DNA of 24,000 bases, taken from NCBI RefSeq assembly GCF_040783495.1, contig NZ_CP157262.1. One strand, 5' to 3'. The position numbers and the translations under genes are program-made. Origin of the DNA: Escherichia coli. GTDB taxonomy: Bacteria > Pseudomonadota > Gammaproteobacteria > Enterobacterales > Enterobacteriaceae. The notes under the pieces were generated by a model, which saw nothing but the letters and a program-made list of their open reading frames with translations, ran no database searches and was not told where the DNA came from. Below, piece after piece: positions 1 through 12,200 of this stretch; position 1 is the stretch's first letter, and every line of letters begins with the position of its first letter.

Positions 1-1659
1 CAGACTTTCTGGCAGGCGCTGCAACTATGTTACTTCATCCAGTTGATTTTGCAGATCGAATCTAACGGTCACTCGGTATCGTTTGGTCGTATGGACCAGT
101 ATCTCTATCCATACTATCGCCGTGACGTTGAACTGAACCAGACACTGGATCGCGAACACGCCATCGAGATGCTGCATAGCTGCTGGTTGAAATTGCTGGA
201 AGTGAACAAAATCCGCTCCGGCTCACACTCAAAAGCCTCTGCGGGAAGTCCGCTGTATCAGAACGTCACCATTGGCGGGCAAAATCTGGTTGATGGTCAA
301 CCGATGGACGCGGTAAATCCACTCTCTTATGCGATCCTCGAATCTTGCGGTCGCCTGCGTTCGACTCAGCCTAACCTCAGCGTGCGTTACCATGCGGGTA
401 TGAGTAACGATTTCCTCGACGCCTGTGTTCAGGTGATCCGCTGCGGCTTCGGGATGCCGGCGTTCAACAACGACGAAATCGTCATCCCGGAATTTATTAA
501 ACTCGGTATTGAACCGCAGGACGCTTACGACTATGCAGCGATTGGTTGTATCGAAACCGCCGTCGGTGGCAAATGGGGCTATCGCTGTACCGGCATGAGC
601 TTTATCAACTTCGCCCGCGTGATGCTGGCGGCGCTGGAAGGCGGTCGTGATGCCACCAGCGGCAAAGTGTTCCTGCCACAAGAAAAAGCGTTGTCAGCGG
701 GTAACTTCAACAACTTCGATGAAGTAATGGACGCATGGGATACGCAAATCCGTTACTACACGCGTAAATCAATCGAAATCGAATATGTCGTCGATACCAT
801 GCTGGAAGAGAACGTACACGATATTCTCTGCTCGGCGCTGGTCGATGACTGTATTGAGCGAGCGAAAAGTATCAAGCAAGGCGGCGCGAAATATGACTGG
901 GTTTCTGGCCTGCAGGTCGGCATTGCTAACCTCGGCAACAGCCTGGCGGCAGTGAAGAAACTGGTATTTGAACAGGGCGCGATTGGTCAGCAACAGCTGG
1001 CTGCCGCACTGGCGGATGACTTCGACGGCCTGACTCACGAGCAGCTGCGTCAGCGGCTGATTAACGGTGCGCCGAAGTACGGCAACGACGATGATACTGT
1101 CGATACGCTGCTGGCTCGCGCTTATCAGACCTATATCGACGAACTGAAGCAGTACCATAACCCGCGCTACGGTCGTGGTCCGATTGGCGGCAACTATTAT
1201 GCGGGCACATCGTCTATCTCCGCTAACGTACCGTTTGGCGCGCAGACTATGGCAACGCCGGACGGACGTAAAGCACATACCCCGCTGGCAGAAGGCGCTA
1301 GTCCGGCCTCCGGTACTGACCATCTCGGCCCTACTGCGGTCATTGGCTCGGTGGGTAAACTGCCTACGGCAGCAATTCTCGGCGGCGTGCTGCTCAACCA
1401 GAAACTGAATCCGGCAACGCTGGAGAATGAATCTGACAAGCAGAAACTGATGATCCTGCTGCGTACCTTCTTTGAAGTGCATAAAGGCTGGCATATTCAG
1501 TACAACATCGTTTCCCGCGAAACATTGCTGGAGGCGAAGAAACATCCGGATCAATACCGCGATCTGGTGGTACGCGTAGCGGGTTATTCCGCCTTCTTCA
1601 CCGCGCTCTCTCCAGACGCACAGGACGATATCATCGCCCGTACCGAACACATGCTGTAA
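1..1659 (+). CDS. pflF: Putative glycyl radical enzyme / formate acetyltransferase-like, C-terminal part (gene starts outside the window)
   Basis: Frame 1 is open from base 1 to the TAA at 1657-1659. Protein carries the active-site Cys context '[10 protein letters not shown]' and the C-terminal glycyl radical motif 'RVAGYSAFF'. Matches recalled YbiW/PflF and its expected neighbour ybiV. Confidence 0.93.
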   Translation, partial: QTFWQALQLCYFIQLILQIESNGHSVSFGRMDQYLYPYYRRDVELNQTLDREHAIEMLHSCWLKLLEVNKIRSGSHSKASAGSPLYQNVTIGGQNLVDGQPMDAVNPLSYAILESCGRLRSTQPNLSVRYHAGMSNDFLDACVQVIRCGFGMPAFNNDEIVIPEFIKLGIEPQDAYDYAAIGCIETAVGGKWGYRCTGMSFINFARVMLAALEGGRDATSGKVFLPQEKALSAGNFNNFDEVMDAWDTQIRYYTRKSIEIEYVVDTMLEENVHDILCSALVDDCIERAKSIKQGGAKYDWVSGLQVGIANLGNSLAAVKKLVFEQGAIGQQQLAAALADDFDGLTHEQLRQRLINGAPKYGNDDDTVDTLLARAYQTYIDELKQYHNPRYGRGPIGGNYYAGTSSISANVPFGAQTMATPDGRKAHTPLAEGASPASGTDHLGPTAVIGSVGKLPTAAILGGVLLNQKLNPATLENESDKQKLMILLRTFFEVHKGWHIQYNIVSRETLLEAKKHPDQYRDLVVRVAGYSAFFTALSPDAQDDIIARTEHML

Positions 1660-1804
1660 TCCCCTCAGCCCGGCGTCGTCGTCGCCGGGCCAAATCATTC
1701 ACATCATCAATTTCAGCCTCGCTTTCATTCGAAATATAATTTGTGCTCTGCGTCACATTGTTATTACACTGTTACGGTTTCATTTTCGAGCCAGGAGCAC
1801 ACCT

Positions 1805-2620
1805 ATGAGCGTAAAAGTTATCGTCACAGACATGGACGGTACTTTTCTTAACGACGCCAAAACGTACAACCAACCACGTTTTATGGCGCAATATCAGGAA
1901 CTGAAAAAGCGCGGCATTGAGTTCGTTGTCGCCAGCGGTAATCAGTATTACCAGCTTATTTCGTTCTTTCCTGAGCTAAAGGATGAGATCTCTTTTGTCG
2001 CGGAAAACGGCGCACTGGTTTACGAACATGGCAAGCAGTTGTTCCACGGCGAACTGACCCGACATGAATCGCGGATTGTTATTGGCGAGTTGCTAAAAGA
2101 TAAGCAACTCAATTTTGTCGCCTGCGGTCTGCAAAGTGCATATGTCAGCGAAAATGCCCCCGAAGCATTCGTCGCACTGATGGCAAAACACTACCATCGC
2201 CTGAAACCTGTAAAAGATTATCAGGAGATTGACGACGTACTGTTCAAGTTTTCGCTCAACCTGCCGGATGAACAAATCCCGTTAGTGATCGACAAACTGC
2301 ACATAGCGCTGGATGGCATTATGAAACCCGTCACCAGTGGTTTTAGCTTTATCGACTTGATTATTCCCGGTCTACATAAAGCAAACGGTATTTCGCGGTT
2401 ACTGAAACGCTGGGATCTGTCACCGCAAAATGTGGTAGCGATTGGCGACAGCGGTAACGATGCGGAGATGCTGAAAATGGCGCGTTATTCCTTTGCGATG
2501 AGCAATGCTGCGGAAAACATTAAACAAATCGCCCGTTACGCTACCGATGATAATAATCATGAAGGCACGCTGAATGTGATTCAGGCGGTGCTGGAAAATA
2601 AACCGCCGTTTAATCTTTGA
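1805..2620 (+). CDS. ybiV: HAD-superfamily (Cof-type) sugar phosphatase YbiV
   Basis: 271 aa with the HAD motif 'VTDMDGTFL' and late motif '[10 protein letters not shown]'. Synteny with pflF/ybiT. Confidence 0.95.
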   Translation: MSVKVIVTDMDGTFLNDAKTYNQPRFMAQYQELKKRGIEFVVASGNQYYQLISFFPELKDEISFVAENGALVYEHGKQLFHGELTRHESRIVIGELLKDKQLNFVACGLQSAYVSENAPEAFVALMAKHYHRLKPVKDYQEIDDVLFKFSLNLPDEQIPLVIDKLHIALDGIMKPVTSGFSFIDLIIPGLHKANGISRLLKRWDLSPQNVVAIGDSGNDAEMLKMARYSFAMSNAAENIKQIARYATDDNNHEGTLNVIQAVLENKPPFNL

Positions 2621-2660
2621 TTATCGCCAATTCAGTTTATTGAGAAAGTGCATGTCATTA

Positions 2661-2762
2661 TGCCGGATACGGCGTGACCGCCTTATTTGGCATACAAAAT
2701 CATGAAAATTCAATATATTGCGATACACTGCCAGGTCTGATAAGCGTAGCGCACCAGGCAAT
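2661..2762. repeat. BIME: two REP/PU units
   Basis: 'TGCCGGATACGGCGTGACCGCCTTATTTGGCA' at 2661-2692 and 'CCAGGTCTGATAAGCGTAGCGCACCAGGCAA' at 2731-2761, both close to REP consensus forms. Confidence 0.8.
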
Positions 2763-2782
2763 CTTGCGTTTGTCATCAGTTT

Positions 2783-2811
2783 CAGTAGCCCTGACCATAT
2801 CAGGGCTACTG
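2783..2811 (-). terminator. Probable terminator (possibly bidirectional) at the 3' end of ybiT
   Basis: 12-bp perfect inverted repeat CAGTAGCCCTGA-N5-TCAGGGCTACTG, just downstream of the ybiT stop. No strong T tract. Confidence 0.5.
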
Positions 2812-2819
2812 ATAATAAC

Positions 2820-4412
2820 TTACTCGATCCCTTTACTACGCAGGTAATCTTCGTAATTACCGCTAAAGTCGATCACGCGTTCCGGGGTGATTTCCAGAAT
2901 ACGGGTCGCCAGGGAGCTTACAAACTCACGGTCGTGAGAAACAAAGATCAGCGTGCCCTGATACAGTTCCAGCGCCATGTTCAGCGACTCAATGGATTCC
3001 ATATCCAGGTGGTTGGTCGGTTCGTCCATGATCAGAATGTTCGGCTTCTGCATCATTAACTTACCAAACAGCATCCGCCCTTTTTCCCCACCGGAAAGCA
3101 CTTTCGCAGGCTTTTTGATGTCGTCCTGGCTGAACAGCAAACGACCGAGAATGCTGCGTACCGCCTGCTCGTCATCGCCTTCCTGCTTCCACTGGCTCAT
3201 CCATTCGAACACGGTCAGATCATTTTCGAACTCATATTCATGGTCCTGGGCGTAGTAACCAATGCGCGCGTTCTCAGACCATTTTACGGTGCCGCTGTCC
3301 GGTTGCAGATCGCCCACCAGCGTTTTCAGCAGCGTTGATTTACCGACGCCGTTGGTACCCAGTACCGCCAGTTTTTCACCCACTTCCAGCAGCAGGTTGA
3401 GATTTTTAAACAGTGGACCGTTATCAAACCCTTTAGTCAGACCTTCCACTTCCAGCGCGTTACGGAACAGTTTCTTATCCTGTTCAAAACGGATGAACGG
3501 GTTCTGACGGCTGGAGGCTTTCACCTCTTCCAGTTTGATTTTATCAATCTGGCGCGCGCGCGAAGTTGCCTGGCGAGATTTCGAGGCGTTGGCGCTAAAG
3601 CGGCTAACGAAAGATTGCAACTCAGCAATCTGCGCTTTCTTCTTGGCGTTATCAGCCAGCAGACGTTCACGCGCCTGAGTCGCCGCCGTCATGTACTCAT
3701 CGTAGTTGCCCGGATAAACGCGCAGCTCGCCGTAATCCAGATCCGCCATGTGGGTACAAACCATGTTAAGGAAGTGACGGTCGTGCGAGATGATGATCAT
3801 GGTGCTGTCACGCTCGTTCAGCACCTGTTCCAGCCAGCGAATGGTGTCGATGTCGAGGTTGTTGGTCGGTTCGTCGAGCAGGAGAATGTCCGGATCAGCA
3901 AACAGCGCCTGCGCCAGCAGCACACGCAGCTTCCAGCCAGGAGCAACTTCACTCATCGGGCCGTAGTGCTGTTCCACTGGAATTCCCACGCCAAGCAACA
4001 GTTCACCAGCGCGAGCTTCCGCAGAGTAACCGTCCATTTCGCCGTATTTCACTTCCAGATCGGCCACTTTATAGCCGTCTTCTTCACTCATTTCCGGCAA
4101 AGCATAGATGCGGTCACGTTCCTGCTTCACTTCCCACAACTCTTTATGCCCCATGATCACCGTATCCAGCACAGTGAACTCTTCAAAGGCAAACTGATCC
4201 TGACGCAGCTTACCAATGCGCTCGTTGGGATCGAGGGAAACGTTACCCAACGTCGGCTCTAAGTCGCCGCCGAGGATCTTCATAAAGGTGGATTTACCAC
4301 TACCGTTCGCGCCAATCAGGCCGTAACGGTTGCCGCCGCCAAATTTGACGGAAATGTTTTCAAACAACGGCTTACTGCCGAACTGCATGGTGACGTTACT
4401 GGAAACTAACAC
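2820..4412 (-). CDS. ybiT: ABC-F family ATPase YbiT
   Basis: 530 aa with two ABC domains: Walker A 'GANGSGKST' and 'GTNGVGKST'. Second signature 'LSGGEKGRM'. Walker B '[12 protein letters not shown]' and '[12 protein letters not shown]'. No TM domain. Confidence 0.95.
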
Positions 4413-4630
4413 AGGCGTATCCTGAAAAGAGATATGACAAACCGCGCATTATGCCATAAATCTGAAAGAAGATCCTGCTCCTCGCTTAAGGTCTACACTC
4501 AAGCCAAAGGCAAAAAATGTGATTTCGTACACATCTGATTTCACTGTGAGCTGGAATGAACTTATAATGCGCTTCCAATACTCTAATATTCTCAACCCAA
4601 TGGCCTGCCAGGCACAAAATCTCGCTTAAC

Positions 4631-5551
4631 ATGAATATGAAATTGAAAACATTATTCGCAGCGGCCTTCGCTGTTGTCGGCTTTTGCAGTACCGCCTCTG
4701 CGGTAACTTATCCTCTGCCAACCGACGGGAGTCGCCTGGTTGGTCAGAATCAGGTGATCACCATTCCTGAAGGTAACACTCAGCCGCTGGAGTATTTTGC
4801 CGCCGAGTACCAGATGGGACTTTCCAATATGATGGAAGCGAACCCGGGTGTGGATACCTTCCTGCCGAAAGGCGGTACTGTACTGAACATTCCGCAGCAG
4901 CTGATCCTGCCGGATACCGTTCATGAAGGCATCGTCATTAACAGTGCAGAGATGCGTCTGTATTACTATCCGAAAGGAACCAACACCGTTATCGTGCTGC
5001 CGATCGGCATTGGTCAGTTAGGCAAAGACACGCCTATCAACTGGACCACCAAAGTTGAGCGTAAAAAAGCAGGCCCGACCTGGACGCCGACCGCCAAAAT
5101 GCACGCAGAGTACCGCGCTGCGGGCGAACCGCTTCCGGCTGTCGTTCCAGCAGGTCCGGATAACCCGATGGGTCTGTATGCACTCTACATCGGTCGCCTG
5201 TACGCTATCCATGGCACCAACGCCAACTTCGGTATCGGCCTGCGTGTAAGTCATGGCTGTGTGCGTCTGCGTAACGAAGACATTAAATTCCTGTTCGAGA
5301 AAGTGCCTGTCGGTACTCGCGTGCAGTTTATTGATGAGCCGGTGAAAGCGACTACCGAACCAGACGGCAGCCGTTACATTGAAGTCCATAACCCGCTGTC
5401 TACCACCGAAGCCCAGTTTGAAGGTCAGGAAATTGTGCCAATTACCCTGACGAAGAGCGTGCAGACAGTGACCGGTCAGCCAGATGTTGACCAGGTTGTT
5501 CTTGATGAAGCGATCAAAAATCGTTCCGGGATGCCGGTTCGTCTGAATTAA
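4631..5551 (+). CDS. ldtB: L,D-transpeptidase LdtB (YbiS), attaches Lpp to peptidoglycan
   Basis: 306 aa with signal peptide, LysM-like N-terminus and YkuD active site '[25 protein letters not shown]'. Confidence 0.96.
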
Positions 5552-5568
5552 TCGTCAAAACGTAAAAC

Positions 5569-5597
5569 AAAGGCGGACTCATAATCCGCCTTTTTAA
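5569..5597 (+). terminator. Rho-independent terminator after ldtB
   Basis: AAAGGCGGA-CTCATAA-TCCGCCTTTTT. May also serve ybiR on the minus strand. Confidence 0.8.
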
Positions 5598-5608
5598 TTT
5601 GCCAGACC

Positions 5609-6727
5609 TTATCCCGCCGGGATCATAACCAACAAAACATATCCCACCAGCGCCGCCCACAACAGCATCGGTATCGAATAAAGATGAAAACGCCACCAGA
5701 TACGGCGATCGTTCGCCATCCGTAACGCAATCAAATTTGCCAGCGATCCGGGTAATAAACCAAAGCCCCCCACGTTTACCGCCCATGCCAGTAATAAAGA
5801 CGGTGGCACATAATTGAGCAGCAAAATGGTACTCGGCACGTTACTGATCACCTGCGATAAACCGATCGCCGTTAACCATAATCCGGGTTCGGATAAATGA
5901 CTCACGTTACTTAACACCCCCTGCAAAACTGGCAGTTGGGTTAGTAAATGGACGTCGATAAACATCGCCATAAACACCAGCAGCAGCGTCCAGTCCACAC
6001 TGAGCACCACACGACGCGCCAGCAGCGCAAAGCCCGCCGCCACAATCACCAGTCCCCACAGCTCTTGTTTTAACTCCAGCGCCGTCAGAAAGACGATATA
6101 CAGCCCCAGACAACTCCACACCAGCCGCGGTTTCCACTCCGGCGTTTGCACCCCCGTATGGTATTGCAGCGCCTTTCCAGGGAAACAACACCAGCACAAC
6201 AGCAGGAGTGTCAGCATCATTGCGCCAGCCAGCGGTGCCATTTGGGCAATAAATCCGGCAAACGAAAGACCAGAACGTCCCCAGATAAGAATATTTTGCG
6301 GGTTGCCAATTGGCGTCAGTAGCGAACCAGCGTTGACTGCCAGCGCCTCAAAAATAATCAGCCGATTAACCGGAATCTCACACAGTCTTTTTAGCGTGAT
6401 AGTCAGCGGAACAACTATAAACAGTGCGACATCGTTGGTCAGAAAGGTAGAAAGCAGCGCTGCCGCCAGTACCATAAACATCGCCAGCCGACGCTCCGTA
6501 GCAAAACGGCGCACCATTTTGCGCCCCAGCACATCAAAATAACCGCTTAACTCGACACCTTTGGTCAGCAGCATCAGGCCGCTTAAGGTGATGATGGTGT
6601 GCCAGTCGATAGCAGCAGGCCAGGATTTCGGTGCAAAGGGAACGAAAAAACTTAATCCGATGCCAACAAGAATTAATAACTGAAAAAAACGATCGCCTTG
6701 CAGCGTGCGTAAAAAAGGCAGGCTCAT
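5609..6727 (-). CDS. ybiR: Putative anion/transporter membrane protein YbiR (ArsB/NhaD/CitMHS-like)
   Basis: 372 aa polytopic membrane protein with '[14 protein letters not shown]' and '[11 protein letters not shown]' motifs of the ion transporter superfamily. Overlaps mntR by 4 bp. Confidence 0.9.
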
Positions 6728-7191
6728 TTGGCACCGTGTTTCTGGGTAAACAAACGAAAGGCATCCAGCGTCTCTTCACTAACATGGTGCTCCATACCTT
6801 CCGCGTCGCGACGGGCGATTTCCGGACTGACGCCCAACACCAACAAGAAATTTTCGACTATCTGATGTCGCTCGCGGCTTTCCTGCGCCAGCTTCTCTCC
6901 TTCTGCCGTTAAAAACACGCCACGCCAGGGGATCATTTCAATCAGCCCCATGGTTGCCAGTCGCTTAAGCATTTTAGCCACCGTCGGTTGCGAAACCCCC
7001 AGACGAGCAGCCATGTCCACCTGACGAGCTTCCCCCACTTCCCTGATCAAGTCAGAAATCAGCTCAACGTAATCATCAATCAGCTCGCGCCGATGCGCCT
7101 CTCTGACCTGGCGGAACCCTTCAACGTGCTCTTCCACGTTCACTAACTGCGTCACTTTTTTTGCTGTTGGCGTACCTGCGCGACGACTCAT
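6724..7191 (-). CDS. mntR: Mn(II)-responsive transcriptional regulator MntR (DtxR family)
   Basis: 155 aa. HTH '[22 protein letters not shown]', metal-binding '[15 protein letters not shown]'. Divergent from mntS. Confidence 0.95.
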
Positions 7192-7292
7192 TGTGCTTCC
7201 TCATTATGGTGACGCATACATAGCGTTCTCATTTCGTGCGCACATTGTAAACCAGAGTTGCGAAGGTACAAAAAATTAACGTTTTAGCAATA

Positions 7293-7318
7293 GCTATATA
7301 ATATAGCCTGTGCTATAT
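7293..7318. promoter_or_regulatory. Candidate MntR operator upstream of mntS
   Basis: Two overlapping palindromes: GCTATAT-A-ATATAGC (7293-7307) and ATATAGC-CTGT-GCTATAT (7301-7318), in the mntR/mntS intergenic region. Confidence 0.55.
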
Positions 7319-7376
7319 CTGTATGTAATGCAATCATTCCTCAAGGATCGATGGGATTAGCAAGTCAGGAGGTCTT

Positions 7377-7505
7377 ATGAATGAGTTCAAGAGGTGTATG
7401 CGCGTGTTTAGTCATTCTCCCTTTAAAGTACGGTTAATGCTGCTCTCTATGTTGTGCGATATGGTCAACAACAAACCGCAGCAGGATAAACCTTCCGATA
7501 AATAG
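7377..7505 (+). CDS. mntS: Small protein MntS (42 aa), manganese homeostasis (region formerly annotated as RybA)
   Basis: Translation MNEFKRCMRVFSHSPFKVRLMLLSMLCDMVNNKPQQDKPSDK* with the upstream Shine-Dalgarno 'AGGAGG'. Matches recalled MntS. Missing from the supplied ORF track. Confidence 0.93.
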   Translation: MNEFKRCMRVFSHSPFKVRLMLLSMLCDMVNNKPQQDKPSDK

Positions 7506-7776
7506 CGGCGTCGCGGTACGCCGCTTCACTCCTGCTTTTATGCAGGCACAACGCGTTTTGGTCTGAAAAACCCCACTTTTTGTCGGATTTGCAATCCCCT
7601 TCGCAAAAGATTTGTTCGTCGGTAGTTGACCTGAACAGCAGCTCGCTCTATCTTCTTGCAGCCCTGCGTATATTGCGGCTCGCGGATGCGGACCCCTTTC
7701 CCCTCTTCACACACTCTTGCAGGTATTGACCCTTGACGCCAGGGTAAGCACATGGCGTTTGTTACGATAGTGGCAT

Positions 7777-9360
7777 ATGAATTTAACCCTCAAAGAATCG
7801 CTTGTTACCCGTAGCCGGGTATTTAGCCCGTGGACTGCGTTCTACTTTTTACAGTCGCTATTAATTAACCTCGGCTTAGGTTACCCCTTCAGTTTGCTCT
7901 ACACCGCTGCGTTTACGGCTATTTTGCTTTTGCTATGGCGAACATTGCCTCGCGTACAAAAAGTTCTGGTCGGTATCAGTTCGCTGGTGGCGGCTTGTTA
8001 TTTCCCTTTTGCTCAGGCCTACGGCGCGCCTAACTTCAATACATTGCTGGCATTGCACTCCACCAATATGGAAGAGTCGACCGAAATCCTGACGATTTTT
8101 CCGTGGTACAGCTACCTGGTCGGCATATTTATTTTTGCGCTCGGCGTAATAGCAATCAGGCGAAAAAAAGAGAGTGAAAAAGCGCGCTGGAATACCTTCG
8201 ACAGCCTGTGCCTGGTATTCAGTGTGGCGACATTTTTTGTTGCTCCCGTGCAAAACCTGGCCTGGGGCGGCGTATTTAAACTGAAAGATACTGGCTATCC
8301 GGTATTTCGTTTTGCTAAGGATGTCATCGTCAATAATAACGAGGTGATTGAAGAGCAAGAACGGATGGCAAAACTTTCCGGAATGAAAGATACCTGGACG
8401 GTCACTGCCGTTAAGCCGAAGTATCAGACCTATGTGGTGGTGATCGGAGAAAGCGCGCGTCGCGATGCCCTCGGTGCCTTTGGCGGTCACTGGGACAATA
8501 CCCCGTTTGCCAGCAGCGTTAACGGTTTGATATTTGCTGACTACATTGCCGCCAGTGGCTCCACGCAGAAATCGCTTGGCTTAACGCTCAATCGCGTTGT
8601 CGATGGCAAACCACAGTTTCAGGATAACTTTGTCACCCTGGCAAATCGCGCGGGCTTCCAGACCTGGTGGTTTTCCAACCAGGGTCAAATCGGCGAATAC
8701 GATACCGCCATCGCCAGCATCGCCAAACGAGCAGATGAAGTGTACTTCCTGAAAGAAGGTAATTTTGAAGCAGATAAAAACACGAAAGACGAAGCGTTAC
8801 TGGATATGACCGCTCAAGTGCTGGCGCAAGAGCACTCGCAACCGCAGCTGATTGTTCTACATCTGATGGGCTCGCATCCGCAGGCCTGCGACCGGACACA
8901 AGGCAAATACGAAACCTTTGTGCAATCGAAAGAAACGTCGTGCTATCTCTATACCATGACGCAAACAGACGATTTACTGCGCAAGCTGTACGATCAGTTA
9001 CGCAACAGCGGCAGCAGCTTCTCGCTGGTTTACTTTTCCGACCACGGTCTGGCCTTTAAAGAGCGCGGCAAAGACGTGCAATACCTTGCCCATGATGATA
9101 AGTATCAGCAAAATTTCCAGGTGCCTTTTATGGTCATTTCCAGCGACGATAAAGCGCATCGGGTGATTAAAGCCCGCCGCTCGGCCAATGACTTCTTAGG
9201 CTTTTTCTCGCAGTGGACGGGAATTAAAGCGAAGGAAATAAATATCAAATACCCGTTTATATCTGAGAAGAAAGCCGGGCCGATATACATCACCAACTTC
9301 CAGTTACAGAAGGTGGATTACAACCATCTCGGAACCGATATTTTCGACCCGAAACCTTAA
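7777..9360 (+). CDS. opgE: Phosphoethanolamine transferase OpgE (YbiP), sulfatase/alkaline phosphatase-like
   Basis: 527 aa with N-terminal TM helices. 'VVVIGESARRDALG' (nucleophile region), 'HLMGSHP', 'YFSDHG'. Confidence 0.94.
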   Translation: MNLTLKESLVTRSRVFSPWTAFYFLQSLLINLGLGYPFSLLYTAAFTAILLLLWRTLPRVQKVLVGISSLVAACYFPFAQAYGAPNFNTLLALHSTNMEESTEILTIFPWYSYLVGIFIFALGVIAIRRKKESEKARWNTFDSLCLVFSVATFFVAPVQNLAWGGVFKLKDTGYPVFRFAKDVIVNNNEVIEEQERMAKLSGMKDTWTVTAVKPKYQTYVVVIGESARRDALGAFGGHWDNTPFASSVNGLIFADYIAASGSTQKSLGLTLNRVVDGKPQFQDNFVTLANRAGFQTWWFSNQGQIGEYDTAIASIAKRADEVYFLKEGNFEADKNTKDEALLDMTAQVLAQEHSQPQLIVLHLMGSHPQACDRTQGKYETFVQSKETSCYLYTMTQTDDLLRKLYDQLRNSGSSFSLVYFSDHGLAFKERGKDVQYLAHDDKYQQNFQVPFMVISSDDKAHRVIKARRSANDFLGFFSQWTGIKAKEINIKYPFISEKKAGPIYITNFQLQKVDYNHLGTDIFDPKP

Positions 9361-9364
9361 AACA

Positions 9365-9395
9365 AAAAAATCCGCCCCGAGAGGCGGATTTTTTA
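9365..9395. terminator. Rho-independent terminator between opgE and ompX
   Basis: AAAAAAATCCGCC-CCGAGA-GGCGGATTTTTT, flanked by A and T tracts so usable in both directions. Confidence 0.85.
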
Positions 9396-9409
9396 TATCA
9401 CCGAAGTGA

Positions 9410-9925
9410 TTAGAAGCGGTAACCAACACCGGCAATCCAGGTGCCTACGTCAACGCTACGAATACGGCTCTGCTCGTAAGAGAAGTCCAGAGCAACGTTT
9501 TCCATCGGGTTGAACTGCAAACCAGCACCGTAGGAGAAACCGTAGTCGCTGGTGTCGTGTTTGTAGGTCGGGTATTCAGTGGTCTGGAATTTACCATAAC
9601 CCACACCCACTACACCGTAGATGCTTGCCCAGTCGTTAATGCGGTAAGCCGGACCAGCAGTGATGCCGTAGTACTGGTTTTTGTTGTAGTCACCAGAGCT
9701 TGCAGTACGGCTTTTCTCGGTGTAAGTGAAAGAACCGATCACACCCAGCGGGCTGTTGTCTTCTTCATAGCGGTATTTCAGGTTGAAACCGCCCATTTTG
9801 TTCATTTGGCCCTGAGCGTCGCTTTGTGCGTAACCGCCAGTTACGGTAGAAGTCGCAGCTACGGAAGTACCTGCGGTGAAAGCCAGAACTGCGGCCAGTG
9901 CTGAAAGACATGCAATTTTTTTCAT
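9410..9925 (-). CDS. ompX: Outer membrane protein X
   Basis: 171 aa from MKKIACLSALAAVLAFTAGTSVAA... with an 8-stranded barrel ending 'AGVGYRF'. The track start at 9931 adds 2 codons. Canonical start is 9925. Confidence 0.96.
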   Translation of the reverse strand: MKKIACLSALAAVLAFTAGTSVAATSTVTGGYAQSDAQGQMNKMGGFNLKYRYEEDNSPLGVIGSFTYTEKSRTASSGDYNKNQYYGITAGPAYRINDWASIYGVVGVGYGKFQTTEYPTYKHDTSDYGFSYGAGLQFNPMENVALDFSYEQSRIRSVDVGTWIAGVGYRF

Positions 9926-10277
9926 AACCACCTCAAATGTGATTCAAATAAGTCCTAAGTTTTAAATATATCAAAAATTAATGGGAAACTCTTCGCGATT
10001 TATGATGTCTAACGGGCCATTTCATGTAACAGAACGTTTCCATACACCGCTATCCATCTAAATTTAAATCACTTTTTCAGAGAACTGCGTAAGTATTACG
10101 CATGTTTTCCCTGTCATTCATCCAGATTATTCCTAATCACCAGACTAATGATTCCATCAATCCTGGCGCATTTTAGTCAAAACGGGGGAAAATTTTTTCA
10201 ACAAATGCTCAACCAGCATTGGGTATATCCAGTACACTCCACGCTTTACTTAGGTTTAGATATTTGTGGGAGAAAGG

Positions 10278-11165
10278 ATGCCTGGTTCATTACGTAAAAT
10301 GCCGGTCTGGTTACCAATAGTCATATTGCTCGTTGCCATGGCGTCTATTCAGGGTGGAGCCTCGTTAGCTAAGTCACTTTTTCCTCTGGTGGGCGCACCG
10401 GGGGTCACTGCGCTGCGTCTGGCATTAGGCACGCTGATCCTCATCGCGTTCTTTAAGCCATGGCGACTGCGCTTTGCCAAAGAGCAACGATTACCGCTGT
10501 TGTTTTACGGCGTTTCGCTGGGTGGAATGAATTATCTTTTTTATCTTTCTATTCAGACGGTACCGCTGGGTATTGCGGTGGCGCTGGAGTTCACCGGACC
10601 ACTGGCGGTGGCACTGTTCTCTTCTCGTCGCCCGGTAGATTTCGTCTGGGTTGTGCTGGCGGTTCTTGGTCTGTGGTTCCTGCTACCGCTGGGGCAAGAC
10701 GTTTCCCATGTCGATTTAACCGGCTGTGCGCTGGCACTGGGGGCCGGGGCTTGTTGGGCTATTTACATTTTAAGTGGGCAACGCGCAGGAGCGGAACATG
10801 GCCCTGCGACGGTGGCAATTGGTTCGTTGATTGCAGCGTTAATTTTCGTGCCAATTGGAGCGCTTCAGGCTGGTGAAGCACTCTGGCACTGGTCGGTTAT
10901 TCCATTGGGTCTGGCTGTCGCTATTCTCTCGACCGCTCTGCCTTATTCGCTGGAAATGATTGCCCTCACCCGTTTGCCAACACGCACATTTGGTACGCTA
11001 ATGAGCATGGAACCTGCGCTGGCTGCCGTTTCCGGGATGATTTTCCTCGGAGAAACACTGACACCCATACAGCTGCTGGCGCTCGGCGCTATCATCGCCG
11101 CTTCAATGGGTTCTACGCTGACAGTACGCAAAGAGAGCAAAATAAAAGAATTAGACATAAATTAA
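10278..11165 (+). CDS. rhtA: Threonine/homoserine exporter RhtA (EamA/DMT family)
   Basis: 295 aa from MPGSLRKMPVWLPIVILLVAMASIQGG..., with two EamA-type repeats. Confidence 0.95.
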   Translation: MPGSLRKMPVWLPIVILLVAMASIQGGASLAKSLFPLVGAPGVTALRLALGTLILIAFFKPWRLRFAKEQRLPLLFYGVSLGGMNYLFYLSIQTVPLGIAVALEFTGPLAVALFSSRRPVDFVWVVLAVLGLWFLLPLGQDVSHVDLTGCALALGAGACWAIYILSGQRAGAEHGPATVAIGSLIAALIFVPIGALQAGEALWHWSVIPLGLAVAILSTALPYSLEMIALTRLPTRTFGTLMSMEPALAAVSGMIFLGETLTPIQLLALGAIIAASMGSTLTVRKESKIKELDIN

Positions 11166-11327
11166 ATTTACATTTCTGCATGGTTATGCATAACCATGCA
11201 GATTTTCTCGCTACTTTTCCTCTACGCCGTCTTTATATATCGAATTATGCAAAAGCATATTTATTCCGAAAATTCCTGGCGAGCAAATAAATAAGAATTG
11301 TTCTTATTAATATATCTAACTCATTGA

Positions 11328-11969
<642 letters not shown>

Positions 11970-12005
11970 ATCCATCGCTGATGGTGCAGAACTTTAGTAC
12001 ACGAT

Positions 12006-12040
12006 AAAAGCGGCTTCCTGACAGGAGGCCGTTTTGTTTT
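12006..12040 (+). terminator. Rho-independent terminator after dps
   Basis: AAAAGCGGCTTCCTG-ACAGGAGGCCGTTTTGTTTT. Confidence 0.75.
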
Positions 12041-12200
12041 GTAGCCCGCCTCAACGCACTTATTTAGTGCATCCATCTGCTATCCCCAGCTGGTTAAGTA
12101 AATTTTTTGTATCCACATCATCACGCAATCGTTACATAAAGATTGTTTTTTCATCATGTTTTACGCTAAATAATCACTGTGTTGAGTGCACAATTTTAGC

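Noticed and set aside
769-1698. 309-aa ORF antisense to pflF
   Set aside because: Mirror-frame ORF over a strongly conserved glycyl radical enzyme CDS. Codon-bias artefact with no family resemblance.
3615-4262. 215-aa plus-strand ORF opposite ybiT
   Set aside because: Shadow ORF of the ABC-F gene. The '[10 protein letters not shown]...HHDHG' composition looks like reverse-frame codon usage, not a real protein.
7505-7524. GCGGCG...CGCCGC dyad right after mntS as a terminator
   Set aside because: Short stem and no T tract following. Could be a weak 3' hairpin, but not supportable as a Rho-independent terminator.
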